From a virus (taxonomy: Duplodnaviria; Caudoviricetes), in the IMG/VR virus record IMGVR_UViG_3300025012_000029, positions 32,001 to 96,000 of that record: a DNA stretch of 64,000 nucleotides. One strand, written 5' to 3'. How positions within the stretch are numbered: position 1 is the stretch's first letter; every line of letters starts with the position of its first letter. The notes below the pieces were generated by a model. The model did no database searches. It saw only the letters and a list, made by a program, of their open reading frames with translations, and had not been told where the DNA came from. This document shows positions 38,748 through 47,606 of the stretch, in pieces. Both the position numbers and the translations under genes were made by a program.

Positions 38748-40213
38748 TAAAAATTCTTTAATCTTATCAGAGGAACAACATCTAAAATACTAGCTGTAGT
38801 TTGTGTTGTTGGGTAAAAAACACTTCCAGTCGTATTAGCTAGAATCGTCGTTGTAAAACATGTTGGATGCAAACCATTAGGGACTTCTACATTGACCAAA
38901 TCTAATGTTTGAACTGTGTAAGTCCTAAGTGTTGCCGAACCAGTAGCGGAATTTCGTCCCCACAAACAATAAAATACTCCTTGTTGAATCCACGTTTCCC
39001 CTTCTTGAATTGGAAATTCGTAAATCGCTGCTCCATTTGGCAAACTAGCAGAAAAAACAGTAGCAATTCGATGAGCAACGCCATGTGCGCTTCCATTTGC
39101 CGTTTGAAATATTTGAAATGTCATTGTTGGATTTGATGTAACGGCAGTAAATTTAGCCACAATTTTAGAGATTTCCATCGATGACAATGCCAAAAATGAA
39201 GCTCCCTCTAAAACTGTTTGAGCAACCCTAGTAGAATTTCCAGCAACTCGTGTTTCTGGAATTGGTAGATATTCTGTATGTTCTAACCCAAACGACTTGG
39301 CAAAATACATATCATCAATTCCAACCATCGGAAAAGTTGCACTAGGCATGGAATGTAAAATATAAATGGAATGTTCTTGAGAAAAGCCGTCAGCAACATG
39401 GACTGTCAGTCCATGTTGTATCAACGAACCGCTATCAAAATCTGACGACCGCGTCCACGACCCTGTTGAGGCGAGATATATGCCATTAACAACTTTGTTG
39501 GATTGATTTTTTACTAAAATTCTATCCCCAAAAGATGGAGAACCATATGTTCCGCTTATATCATCGTCAATTGGATATAACCCAGACAATATTAACGAAG
39601 CCGTGGAAGCAAATCTAACCGTGTCTCTGAAAAGAGAAAATGGTGTTGTAGAGGCTGAAACGACAATAGTATTATTCGAACCTGATTGAACAGAAATCAC
39701 CTGACTTCCTGATAAACTTCTAAATCGTAAATCAACTCCAACTTTGTTAACAAAAATTCCCTCTCCCGAGCCTAGATTCGATGCCGTATTTGCTTCCCCA
39801 GTTCCAGAGCCAGAAGCGGCCGAACTAGAAATTATTATTGTTCCATTCGAACTTGAAACAACAACGCCTCCGCTACCAGAAATACTCTTAAAAATAAAGT
39901 TTGTTCCTTGTTTGTCAAAAAACGTTCCAACACCAGAGCCAGTATTTGATGCTGATAAAATAGCAGAGCTGGAAACGTTATTCAATAATGCCAAGGAAGA
40001 CGATAAATTTAATATTCCTTCTCCAACATCAAATACGACAGAGCCGCTTTGAACATATGCTAATAGTTGTTCATCAGACTGTATTTGGTATACTTTATTA
40101 AAATCAGTCAATACCGTACTTCCACTTCCTGAAGCTGGCAATATTCTGTTTGGAACAGATAAATCATCAAGCGATAAAGAACTAGTAGTTTGATTATATG
40201 CTATTATTCCCAT
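38747..40213 (-). CDS. fibre-like virion protein
   Basis: Two ASNxGSGxG repeats shared with the 1103-aa gene; GDRILVKNQ...NGIY domain. Confidence 0.7.
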   Translation of the reverse strand: MGIIAYNQTTSSLSLDDLSVPNRILPASGSGSTVLTDFNKVYQIQSDEQLLAYVQSGSVVFDVGEGILNLSSSLALLNNVSSSAILSASNTGSGVGTFFDKQGTNFIFKSISGSGGVVVSSSNGTIIISSSAASGSGTGEANTASNLGSGEGIFVNKVGVDLRFRSLSGSQVISVQSGSNNTIVVSASTTPFSLFRDTVRFASTASLILSGLYPIDDDISGTYGSPSFGDRILVKNQSNKVVNGIYLASTGSWTRSSDFDSGSLIQHGLTVHVADGFSQEHSIYILHSMPSATFPMVGIDDMYFAKSFGLEHTEYLPIPETRVAGNSTRVAQTVLEGASFLALSSMEISKIVAKFTAVTSNPTMTFQIFQTANGSAHGVAHRIATVFSASLPNGAAIYEFPIQEGETWIQQGVFYCLWGRNSATGSATLRTYTVQTLDLVNVEVPNGLHPTCFTTTILANTTGSVFYPTTQTTASILDVVPLIRLKNF

Positions 40214-40219
40214 AATATA

Positions 40220-43200
40220 TTATCTTCTCCATCTAACTCTGAACCAACCCTGCACGTCTGTAGCTGTATTGCCACCAGATTGATTCCTTACAGAAATAGT
40301 TTGACTAGCACTAAAATTAGAATTAATTGTATAATCCGCTCCAGACGTTACACTGGAAGATATAAAAGTAATTTGTGTTCCATTGGATAAAAATTCAAAT
40401 ACGGCTGCGTCAGAGTCGTCTCTGGCGTATCCGACCGCGACAATGGTTCCACTAAACGGCATTGTATAACCATTTGTAGAAGTAAAAATCACATCAGAGC
40501 CTTTAAAAAATACTCCTTGAGCCGTCGTACCAGCGCGACCATAAGACATCATAACAGATTCATTAGAAAGCCACTTGCTCCTATATCCATCATAAACCAT
40601 CTCTAAATGCATATCAGTATTGTAATATCTATCGCCGTCAGAAGGCGTTGGAGAAGAAGGGTCAACCCCAGATTTGTTGTAAAATCTTATTCCATTATAT
40701 TTTTCTTGATTATTGTCAAGAGCGCCAGAAATATCAATTGTGACCAAAGAATTTTGTATTAATTTTCCAGACGTACCATCGTAAATTGTTACTGCCCTGT
40801 CAGTTGCAGACGAAGGTCCAAAAACATCACCACCAACAGAAGCGGAAATTGTGATTGCGTTCGAGCCAGAAATTAGCGATATCGATCCAGTTGCAAGAAG
40901 CGTTCGAAAGCGTAAATCTACTCCAACTTTATTGGCAAAGACACCTTCGCCAGAGCCAGTATTTGACGCTGTATTCGTTTCGCCAATAGCCGACCCAGAA
41001 ATTGTTATTTCGTTTGAGCCAGAAATTAGTGATATCGATCCCGTCGCAAGAAGCGTTCTAAACTGTAGATCAACGCCGATTTTATTTGCGAACACTCCTT
41101 GTCCAGTTCCAACATTAGAAGCAGTGTTAGATTCTCCTGACGTAGAAACACCACCAATAGCACTTCCAAATTTTCCAGCAGCAATAAATTTTGCTCTTGC
41201 TGGATTTGTTAAATCTGTCGTATCAGATCTGAGAATTAACCATCCCCTAAATGTCGCTCTTGCAAAATTTGGTTCAATTTCTACTGGATTATCTCTGCCA
41301 ACGTCAGCATCTCCCATAGTTGGGTAAGTTGCTTGGCCAGGCTGGACATAGGTATCGTTGTCGGAAGCAAAGAAAAATATTAATTGAATTGTAAACCGAC
41401 CACCAGGAACGGTTGCTAAAATTCCAGTACCGTCGTCATACAGTCCTGGCTCAATATCTGTTACGTCAGTTGGGTTTACCCAACTTCCAGAACCATCACG
41501 GTATCTATAACTAAATGGTAATGCCGATCCAGAAGCGCTCAATATTATATTTGGATCTTTAGCAGAATTTTTATAGTTTGCTCCTAGATCAAATGTTCTT
41601 CCTCCGCTCTTGTTTAATTTTAAATTTGCTCCATTAGCGTTATATTCATTTCCAGTTATATTCATAGGACCAAAATTATGAATAAAATCATAAGCATTTA
41701 AAACGCTATTATAGACTAAATGTGCATGATTTCTTATGGCATCAATCCACAAATGATTTGTATGAACAATTCTACCAACCAACAACAAATCTCTCATTTG
41801 TTCTGTGTCAAAGTCTGTCGTTTGTTGAACAACGCCACCAGTTAAATTGAGAGCAATATTCGTTGTAATATTTGTCGACAAATATGAAGCTGAAATAGCT
41901 GTTTGAGTCGGCCAAGTTACAGTTGTGATTGAAGCACTAAGTGGGTTGGTATGATTATCGACAACATAACCAGTTCCAGATGAAATATCAAATGACGCAC
42001 TATTTCCAGTATTGATTGACAGAATGCCACCACTTACAATACCAGTAAACTTAAACAAATCAGATGATAATTTGTCGCCAGAAGACATAAAACCAGCAGA
42101 ACTAGTAGTCGCTAATGCATGCAAACTTCCTCCACCAAGGTTGCCGTGAGAAGAAGATATATTAATCGTATTAGAGCCAGAAATTATAGAAACAGAACCA
42201 GAAGCGGTTAAACTTCTAAAGCGTAAATCAACACCAACCTTATTTGCAAATACACCTTCGCCAGAGCCAATATTTGATGCTGTATTTGTTTCGCCACTTC
42301 CAGAAACCGCAGAAGAAGAAATTGTTATCTCGTTTGTTCCAGAGATAATAGAAATATTTCCAGCGCCCAAAATACTTCTGAAATTGAAAGTGACACCTGT
42401 TTTATTTCTAAAAACTCCTTCTCCTGATCCAACATTTGCAACAAGATTTGTTTCCCCTGGAGAAAGAGAACTAGAAATACTATAAGTAATTTTAACATCA
42501 TCAGTGTTGGATAATGTAAACGGTACATCCAGCCAAGTTACAGTAGTGCCGGAGACGGTGAAATGTTCTCCAACGTCATAAGCAAAACCATTGACATATA
42601 ATATTACATCACTTGGGTCAACTGGAGATTGGTCAAGTGTAAAAACTGTTTGGAAGTTGGTAGCAACCTGATCTTGAACATATTCTTCAAATAATGTTCC
42701 ACCACCTGGATTACTAAAAATTGTAATCGTATTAGAACCAGATATAATAGAAACAGAACCAGACCCAACTATACTTCTAAATTGGAATGTTGAGCCCGAT
42801 AAAGTAGAAAATATTCCTTCACCTGCTCCAATGTTTTGTGCAGATGTAACGGTGCCGCCCCCACCACTACTCGAAAATAAAATATCAATTTCATCATTAA
42901 CGATATCCTGTGAGGCACTTATGAAGATGTTGCTACCTGTTATGAAATTTAGTCTTGGACGAGATCCAACATTAATTCCGTCATTTACTCTGATTGTGAC
43001 TTTTTGTGGATCTGCCAATTCTCCTAAAAGGTTGCTTACAATAATTTCATCGATGCCAGCGTCTTGATGTTGTGTGGCATGTAGAGATGGAGCAGCGCTT
43101 CCAGAAATTGTTATTGTGTCGCTACCAGAAATTAAAGTAATAGAACCTGTTGCCAATAGGGTTCTAAAGTTGAGAAATGTTCCACTTTTTGTTTGAAAAA

Positions 43201-43531
43201 TACCTTGACCAGTGCCAACATTGGCAGCGTTGGTTATATCTCCAACTCCAGCACCACCAGAAGCAGAAGAAGAAATAAATATTTCAGTAGCGCTAGACGA
43301 TATAGAAACAGAGCCGATTCCAACAAGACTCTTAAATTGTAAATCAACTCCAACTTTTTGCGCAAATACACCAGTCCCAGTACCAATATTGGAAGCTGTT
43401 TCTGCAGAACCAGAAAAGCTTGAACTTCCAAGAACAATTATGCTCCCGGAAATAACTATATCACCATCAATTACTACATTTCCGCCAATATTATTTGGTG
43501 ACGGACGGAAACGAGAACTGGCAAACGACAT
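40220..43531 (-). CDS. long modular fibre protein with seven approximately 48-aa repeats
   Basis: Repeat T-A-S-N-x-G-x-G-x-G-V-F-x-x-K-x-G-V-D-L-x-F-R-x-L...I-S-G-S-N-x-I-T-I-S. Confidence 0.8.
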   Translation of the reverse strand: MSFASSRFRPSPNNIGGNVVIDGDIVISGSIIVLGSSSFSGSAETASNIGTGTGVFAQKVGVDLQFKSLVGIGSVSISSSATEIFISSSASGGAGVGDITNAANVGTGQGIFQTKSGTFLNFRTLLATGSITLISGSDTITISGSAAPSLHATQHQDAGIDEIIVSNLLGELADPQKVTIRVNDGINVGSRPRLNFITGSNIFISASQDIVNDEIDILFSSSGGGGTVTSAQNIGAGEGIFSTLSGSTFQFRSIVGSGSVSIISGSNTITIFSNPGGGTLFEEYVQDQVATNFQTVFTLDQSPVDPSDVILYVNGFAYDVGEHFTVSGTTVTWLDVPFTLSNTDDVKITYSISSSLSPGETNLVANVGSGEGVFRNKTGVTFNFRSILGAGNISIISGTNEITISSSAVSGSGETNTASNIGSGEGVFANKVGVDLRFRSLTASGSVSIISGSNTINISSSHGNLGGGSLHALATTSSAGFMSSGDKLSSDLFKFTGIVSGGILSINTGNSASFDISSGTGYVVDNHTNPLSASITTVTWPTQTAISASYLSTNITTNIALNLTGGVVQQTTDFDTEQMRDLLLVGRIVHTNHLWIDAIRNHAHLVYNSVLNAYDFIHNFGPMNITGNEYNANGANLKLNKSGGRTFDLGANYKNSAKDPNIILSASGSALPFSYRYRDGSGSWVNPTDVTDIEPGLYDDGTGILATVPGGRFTIQLIFFFASDNDTYVQPGQATYPTMGDADVGRDNPVEIEPNFARATFRGWLILRSDTTDLTNPARAKFIAAGKFGSAIGGVSTSGESNTASNVGTGQGVFANKIGVDLQFRTLLATGSISLISGSNEITISGSAIGETNTASNTGSGEGVFANKVGVDLRFRTLLATGSISLISGSNAITISASVGGDVFGPSSATDRAVTIYDGTSGKLIQNSLVTIDISGALDNNQEKYNGIRFYNKSGVDPSSPTPSDGDRYYNTDMHLEMVYDGYRSKWLSNESVMMSYGRAGTTAQGVFFKGSDVIFTSTNGYTMPFSGTIVAVGYARDDSDAAVFEFLSNGTQITFISSSVTSGADYTINSNFSASQTISVRNQSGGNTATDVQGWFRVRWRR

Positions 43532-43600
43532 TCGTTATTTACCTCTTACCATTGATGTAATTTTATCAAGCAAACAAATGCACTTATACACCAACAACAA

Positions 43601-43608
43601 TAACTAGT
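43601..43608 (-). promoter_or_regulatory. putative late promoter ACTAGTTA
   Basis: Intergenic, upstream of the 1103-aa fibre gene. Confidence 0.45.
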
Positions 43609-43631
43609 TGTTTGGGATAAGTTAAGAATTT

Positions 43632-43876
43632 TTAATTTGATGACGGAAAAGTGGGAGGAGAAAGTTTTTCTTTGTCCTGGACTTCTTCTATCACTTCGAA
43701 TAGAAAATTTTCTTTTCCGTATATATTATAAGAATTTTGAAGATGGTCGTTGTCGTGTTTTTGGTTTTTAAATAACGAAAATGATAACTTTTTCTGCTAC
43801 TTAAACAGGAAGCGCTTCCAATGTAAACTTTTCCATTGGCCAAATTGCGAATTTGATATATTCCATGTTTAGGCAT
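43632..43876 (-). pseudogene. frameshifted, truncated GIY-YIG endonuclease
   Basis: GIYQIRNLANGKVYIGSA; homology continues in the -1 frame (NQKHDNDHLQNSYNIYGKENFLFEVIEE) and then ends at 43632. Confidence 0.85.
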
Positions 43877-43890
43877 ATTGTACTAACAAT

Positions 43891-44316
43891 CTAGATCGTG
43901 AGCCCGCTACCTGTGAGCGAAAACATTTCTGTCACAGGGATGTTAGTTAATTCTCCGAATAACTCGAACTCACCGTTCGCGGACCCAGTCGCTAATGAAA
44001 TGTAAAGTTCTTTAGTTTTCACTGAAAAAGTTATGCTATCCTTCGACTCGCTGAGTGTAATATAATGGTGGTTTGCCTCAACGTTGCCGTCCGAAAGAGA
44101 ATTAAAATGTAACCGTATGTCGGTTGCTGATCTGTTTATCACCGTTACTGAGCGCGTAATATACGGAAATTCTATTTTAACTTGTGCATTTAATGTTGAA
44201 AAGCTAGACGACAATAAAACCGCCCCCGTAACGTACGGTATTCCTGAGCTCAAATATGAGTTCGTATTCCAAATTCCTGGCCCTATTGGTTGAAAAACGT
44301 TGGGTGTTCTAGCCAT
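43891..44316 (-). CDS. small virion-type protein
   Basis: AGGAG SD; YLSSGIPYVTG motif; beta-rich. Confidence 0.6.
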   Translation of the reverse strand: MARTPNVFQPIGPGIWNTNSYLSSGIPYVTGAVLLSSSFSTLNAQVKIEFPYITRSVTVINRSATDIRLHFNSLSDGNVEANHHYITLSESKDSITFSVKTKELYISLATGSANGEFELFGELTNIPVTEMFSLTGSGLTI

Positions 44317-44335
44317 TATATTCTCCTGCCTTCAC

Positions 44336-44343
44336 TAATTAGT
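44336..44343 (-). promoter_or_regulatory. putative late promoter ACTAATTA
   Basis: 19 nt upstream of ATG; lies within palindrome CACTAATTAGTG. Confidence 0.45.
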
Positions 44344-44344
44344 G

Positions 44345-44602
44345 CTAATCATCCATTTCCAACTCTAGCATTTCTTTTCTCTTCATTCTTTCCAGAACAA
44401 GAATTCTTCTAAATTTAGCTTCTCGTCGTTTGGTTGTAGGTTTTTTAAAATGCTTTCTTTCCAAAATTTCTTCAATCAATCTGTCTTTCTTTAATTTCTT
44501 GAGATGTCTTTTTATCAAAGACTCCACTGATTCTTCTTTTCTCAAACGAACTGTGAAATTACCACCATCATATTGGTTATTCTTTTCTCTTTTTTCAAAC
44601 AT
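44345..44602 (-). CDS. rpsU: ribosomal protein bS21 homolog
   Basis: TVRLRKEESVESLIKRHLKK...IEEILERKHFKKPTTKRRE follows the bS21 pattern; small and basic. Confidence 0.75.
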   Translation of the reverse strand: MFEKREKNNQYDGGNFTVRLRKEESVESLIKRHLKKLKKDRLIEEILERKHFKKPTTKRREAKFRRILVLERMKRKEMLELEMDD

Positions 44603-44619
44603 ATTTGCCTTTCTTATTT

Positions 44620-45174
44620 TTATAATACTTTAGCCCAACGGTGTCCAGCTACATTAAGGATTCCCTTTATGTTAACGCCAGGATCACGAGGATCGATATT
44701 TCTCAACGCTGTTCCTTGAGATTCCATCTTTGATTCTTCTGGAGCTGCCGTTGGAGATTTTTCAATCATTGCTTCTTGAATTAATGGAGCAGTTTCTATT
44801 CCTTTAAATATATCGATACCCATTCCAGCGGCATCAGTAACCTTTTTGAATCTTTCATTTAGTTCCATTGATCTTTGTTTTTCCATAGCTGCAGCTCTAA
44901 CAGCATTTTTTGCTTTTGATACTTTTTCAGACATTTCTTGTGGAATTTCTCTTTTTCTACTAGCAACCATAGGTTCGTATGCTAGCTCTGTAGTCGAAGG
45001 AATATGTTCCCTTATTATCTCTTTAATAACAACTTTATTGGTGTTGTTGAGTCCAGTAGCAACTTCTGTTATTAATTGTGATAAAACTCCAGATTCGAAC
45101 ATAACTTCTTTCACTGCCTCAAGTATTAATGGCTTGAGAATTTTTTGAAGTTCTGCTTTATTCATTCCAAACAA
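44620..45174 (-). CDS. probable prohead core/internal head protein
   Basis: MNKAELQKILKPLILEAVKEVMFE N-terminus; directly downstream of protease. Confidence 0.5.
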   Translation of the reverse strand: MFGMNKAELQKILKPLILEAVKEVMFESGVLSQLITEVATGLNNTNKVVIKEIIREHIPSTTELAYEPMVASRKREIPQEMSEKVSKAKNAVRAAAMEKQRSMELNERFKKVTDAAGMGIDIFKGIETAPLIQEAMIEKSPTAAPEESKMESQGTALRNIDPRDPGVNIKGILNVAGHRWAKVL

Positions 45175-45213
45175 CTCCTATAGATAAAAGAATTTCCATA
45201 TGTCTTTTCATTA

Positions 45214-45816
45214 TTATTTCCTCAACACTTCATTCAAAGCATTTAAGATGCGATCTGATTTTCCTAATATTACATGATTTTTTACTTCTGTTAAGTGCAT
45301 AAATGCTCCTTGTGTTGATGGCTCAGAAACGACATCAAAACAGATCAATTGGAAATCATCTTCAACCATTAATCCGCCTTGAATTTCCTTCACAGAACCT
45401 AAACCCCTAGAAGAAAGTCCTATAGCAACGCCATCATTTACAAGCGAGCGCAATTGTTGTCCTGGGGTTCCTGATAAGACTTTTAATTTTATCATTACAT
45501 CTTTGCCTTCCATCCATATATCAGTAATTACATGAGACACTTTTTCAAGCTCTACTACAGTAGAATCAGGATGATCTAATTGTCCTAATGATCGTTTTTC
45601 TGTAACTACTCTCTTATAATTCTCCACTTCACGACGCAATACATGTTCTGGATAAATTCTGCCATTTCCATTTTTGTGGTCGGCTCTCTGAGCTATTCCC
45701 GTTAAAATTATGGCTCCATTTTTTACTTCTAACTTCTCTGATTCTGAGAGTAAGTCGGTACATGTACCGCCGTCGCATAATTTATAAAATTCACGTAGTA
45801 AAAATCGTTTAGTCAT
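45214..45816 (-). CDS. prohead maturation protease (T4 gp21-like)
   Basis: NGNGRIYP, GQLDHP, GLSSRGLGS, FDVVSEPS motifs. Confidence 0.93.
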   Translation of the reverse strand: MTKRFLLREFYKLCDGGTCTDLLSESEKLEVKNGAIILTGIAQRADHKNGNGRIYPEHVLRREVENYKRVVTEKRSLGQLDHPDSTVVELEKVSHVITDIWMEGKDVMIKLKVLSGTPGQQLRSLVNDGVAIGLSSRGLGSVKEIQGGLMVEDDFQLICFDVVSEPSTQGAFMHLTEVKNHVILGKSDRILNALNEVLRK

Positions 45817-45877
45817 TGTTTTTCTCTCTAAAAAATCTCTTTCAATAATATTTCCGCTCTTCTCATCACAAGAAGAG

Positions 45878-45952
45878 CTAGTTACACGAACCCCGGCAGC
45901 ATCTCCTGACAGGCTGCAGGATCCATTTCTTAGTCCATGCGTTTTCGAACAT
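45878..45952 (-). CDS. unannotated 24-aa Cys-rich micropeptide
   Basis: GAGGG SD 8 nt before ATG; MFENAWTKKWILQPVRRCCRGSCN*. Confidence 0.6.
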   Translation of the reverse strand: MFENAWTKKWILQPVRRCCRGSCN

Positions 45953-46265
45953 AATTAATTCCCTCATCTCCAAACGTGGTACATAAAATATAGCTAGTTC
46001 CACTAGAAAGACACGCTAACAAAAATCCAGTTATTAGCGAATTGTCAAATGTAAATAGTTGAGTATAATCTTTTAATAACCACAGAAACCAGCCAATCCA
46101 CCAAGCCGCACACTGGGGGCACTTGAATAATTTCCAATTTGGTCTTATTTTGTTAAAAATGACTCCGTAAACTATTATGGAAGTCAAACCATACGAAATT
46201 AAAATAAAATAAACTAAATTTAACAAAAGCTTAACACGCCTTCTTAAGCGCCTGGGGCATACCAA
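45930..46265 (-). CDS. small membrane protein with CxxC (DUF1360-like)
   Basis: Three hydrophobic segments; LFKCPQCAAWW. Confidence 0.6.
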   Translation of the reverse strand: MVCPRRLRRRVKLLLNLVYFILISYGLTSIIVYGVIFNKIRPNWKLFKCPQCAAWWIGWFLWLLKDYTQLFTFDNSLITGFLLACLSSGTSYILCTTFGDEGINYVRKRMD

Positions 46266-46786
46266 CGTCTGGTTTTATACATATTCGCGTCTTTTGGCAA
46301 ACTTCCCTTGATCGCCCTTTGCGGCACTTCGCCAAGCTCTGTGCTCTCGTCTCCCTCTGGCTCTGTCAATCTTTCTTCAAATTCATCCTGGATATATTCA
46401 TCCATGTCCATGTGTGGTTTTTCTTCTTCAATAAATTTTCCTATTGTAAAAACACTTATTTGAATTGGATTGATTCCGGCAACGGGTTCAGGAATTTCAG
46501 CCTCCATACTTCCGTATACATTACCAGACCGCACACTCTCTCTTTTAATAACGCCTTTTGTTCCTAGATAATTGAAAAGACGATCTTGAGTAGAATAAAC
46601 GCTGTCTTGAAGACTTTTTTTGGGAAAAGCAATTATTTTTTTCTTTTCTGGTAAAACAACAATATCAATATCATTATGGTCCATTATGAGGATATTGCCA
46701 TCAATCGATTTACGCGCAACAAGAGACATTTTTGTCTCTGTTTTTTGTACTGTATCTCCTACTTTAATTTTGATTGGTTGTGTCAT
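46244..46786 (-). CDS. hypothetical head-module protein
   Basis: ORF overlapping both neighbours; PEGDESTELGEVPQ motif. Confidence 0.6.
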   Translation of the reverse strand: MTQPIKIKVGDTVQKTETKMSLVARKSIDGNILIMDHNDIDIVVLPEKKKIIAFPKKSLQDSVYSTQDRLFNYLGTKGVIKRESVRSGNVYGSMEAEIPEPVAGINPIQISVFTIGKFIEEEKPHMDMDEYIQDEFEERLTEPEGDESTELGEVPQRAIKGSLPKDANMYKTRRWYAPGA

Positions 46787-47606
46787 TTATTTTAATCTCT
46801 CTAACCAAATTCTGAATCTTTATGACCTGCTCAATCATTATATTGCTGATTTCCTGTTTGGCATATCCCTCTAACATCATTAGAACTTCTTTTATCATTG
46901 AAGACATTTGTAAATTGGACTTTATTTCATCTAATTCAGTGGATTTTTTTACTTCATCTTTGAGACGGCTTATTTCTTCATTCAAGAACGTTTTGAGTTC
47001 AAGTCCATTATCGCTAAATGAAATAATATATTTTCCTAAAAGAGATTTCTGTTCTTCATGAAGATTGGAATATTGATCATTGAATTTCTTCACAAACGTT
47101 TTCAAAACTAAATTATCAATTGGAACCATTTGAGATTCAGTTAAAATTGATTTATTTGTCATAGTAGCGAGAATTTCTTTTTCTAATAATATTCTCGACT
47201 TAATGGATACGTCACGGTTGAATATTTGCGAAAGAGAGGCAAGATTTTTATAATTTGGAACAAAATTACTAAATACTGAATCGCCAAGATACTTTTTTAT
47301 CTTAAACATCAACTTACTTTGCTCTCTAAACAATTGATCTTTATCTAGGGAATCATATTCGCGCTTTATCTCCTGTAAAACTTTTTCAGCAGAAATGGCA
47401 TCATCTGGACTGTCATTAATACTCTTATAAAGTTTCAATTCTTTATTCAAAAGAGTGCTCTTCTTCCCAAAATGCTCTTTTATTATCGTTTTAATAACAT
47501 TTTGTCGTTCAGAATTATTTGAAACGACAGATTTTATGAGTTCTATTATAAGAACTTCATACAGAAAGGCTACATTCCTCTTTTTATTATGTTTATATTT
47601 ATTCAT
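46764..47606 (-). CDS. hypothetical head-module protein
   Basis: KHNKKRNVAFLYE start; helical; coupled to portal. Confidence 0.6.
   Translation of the reverse strand: MNKYKHNKKRNVAFLYEVLIIELIKSVVSNNSERQNVIKTIIKEHFGKKSTLLNKELKLYKSINDSPDDAISAEKVLQEIKREYDSLDKDQLFREQSKLMFKIKKYLGDSVFSNFVPNYKNLASLSQIFNRDVSIKSRILLEKEILATMTNKSILTESQMVPIDNLVLKTFVKKFNDQYSNLHEEQKSLLGKYIISFSDNGLELKTFLNEEISRLKDEVKKSTELDEIKSNLQMSSMIKEVLMMLEGYAKQEISNIMIEQVIKIQNLVREIKINDTTNQN

Noticed and set aside
40850-41130. Fibre repeats as DGR template/variable repeats
   Set aside because: Differences are not adenine-specific, both copies are in-frame coding, and no reverse transcriptase is in the window.
43535-43593. Short frame VYKCICLLDKITSMVRGK as another GIY-YIG scar
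   Set aside because: No GIY motif or ATG start; resemblance too weak.
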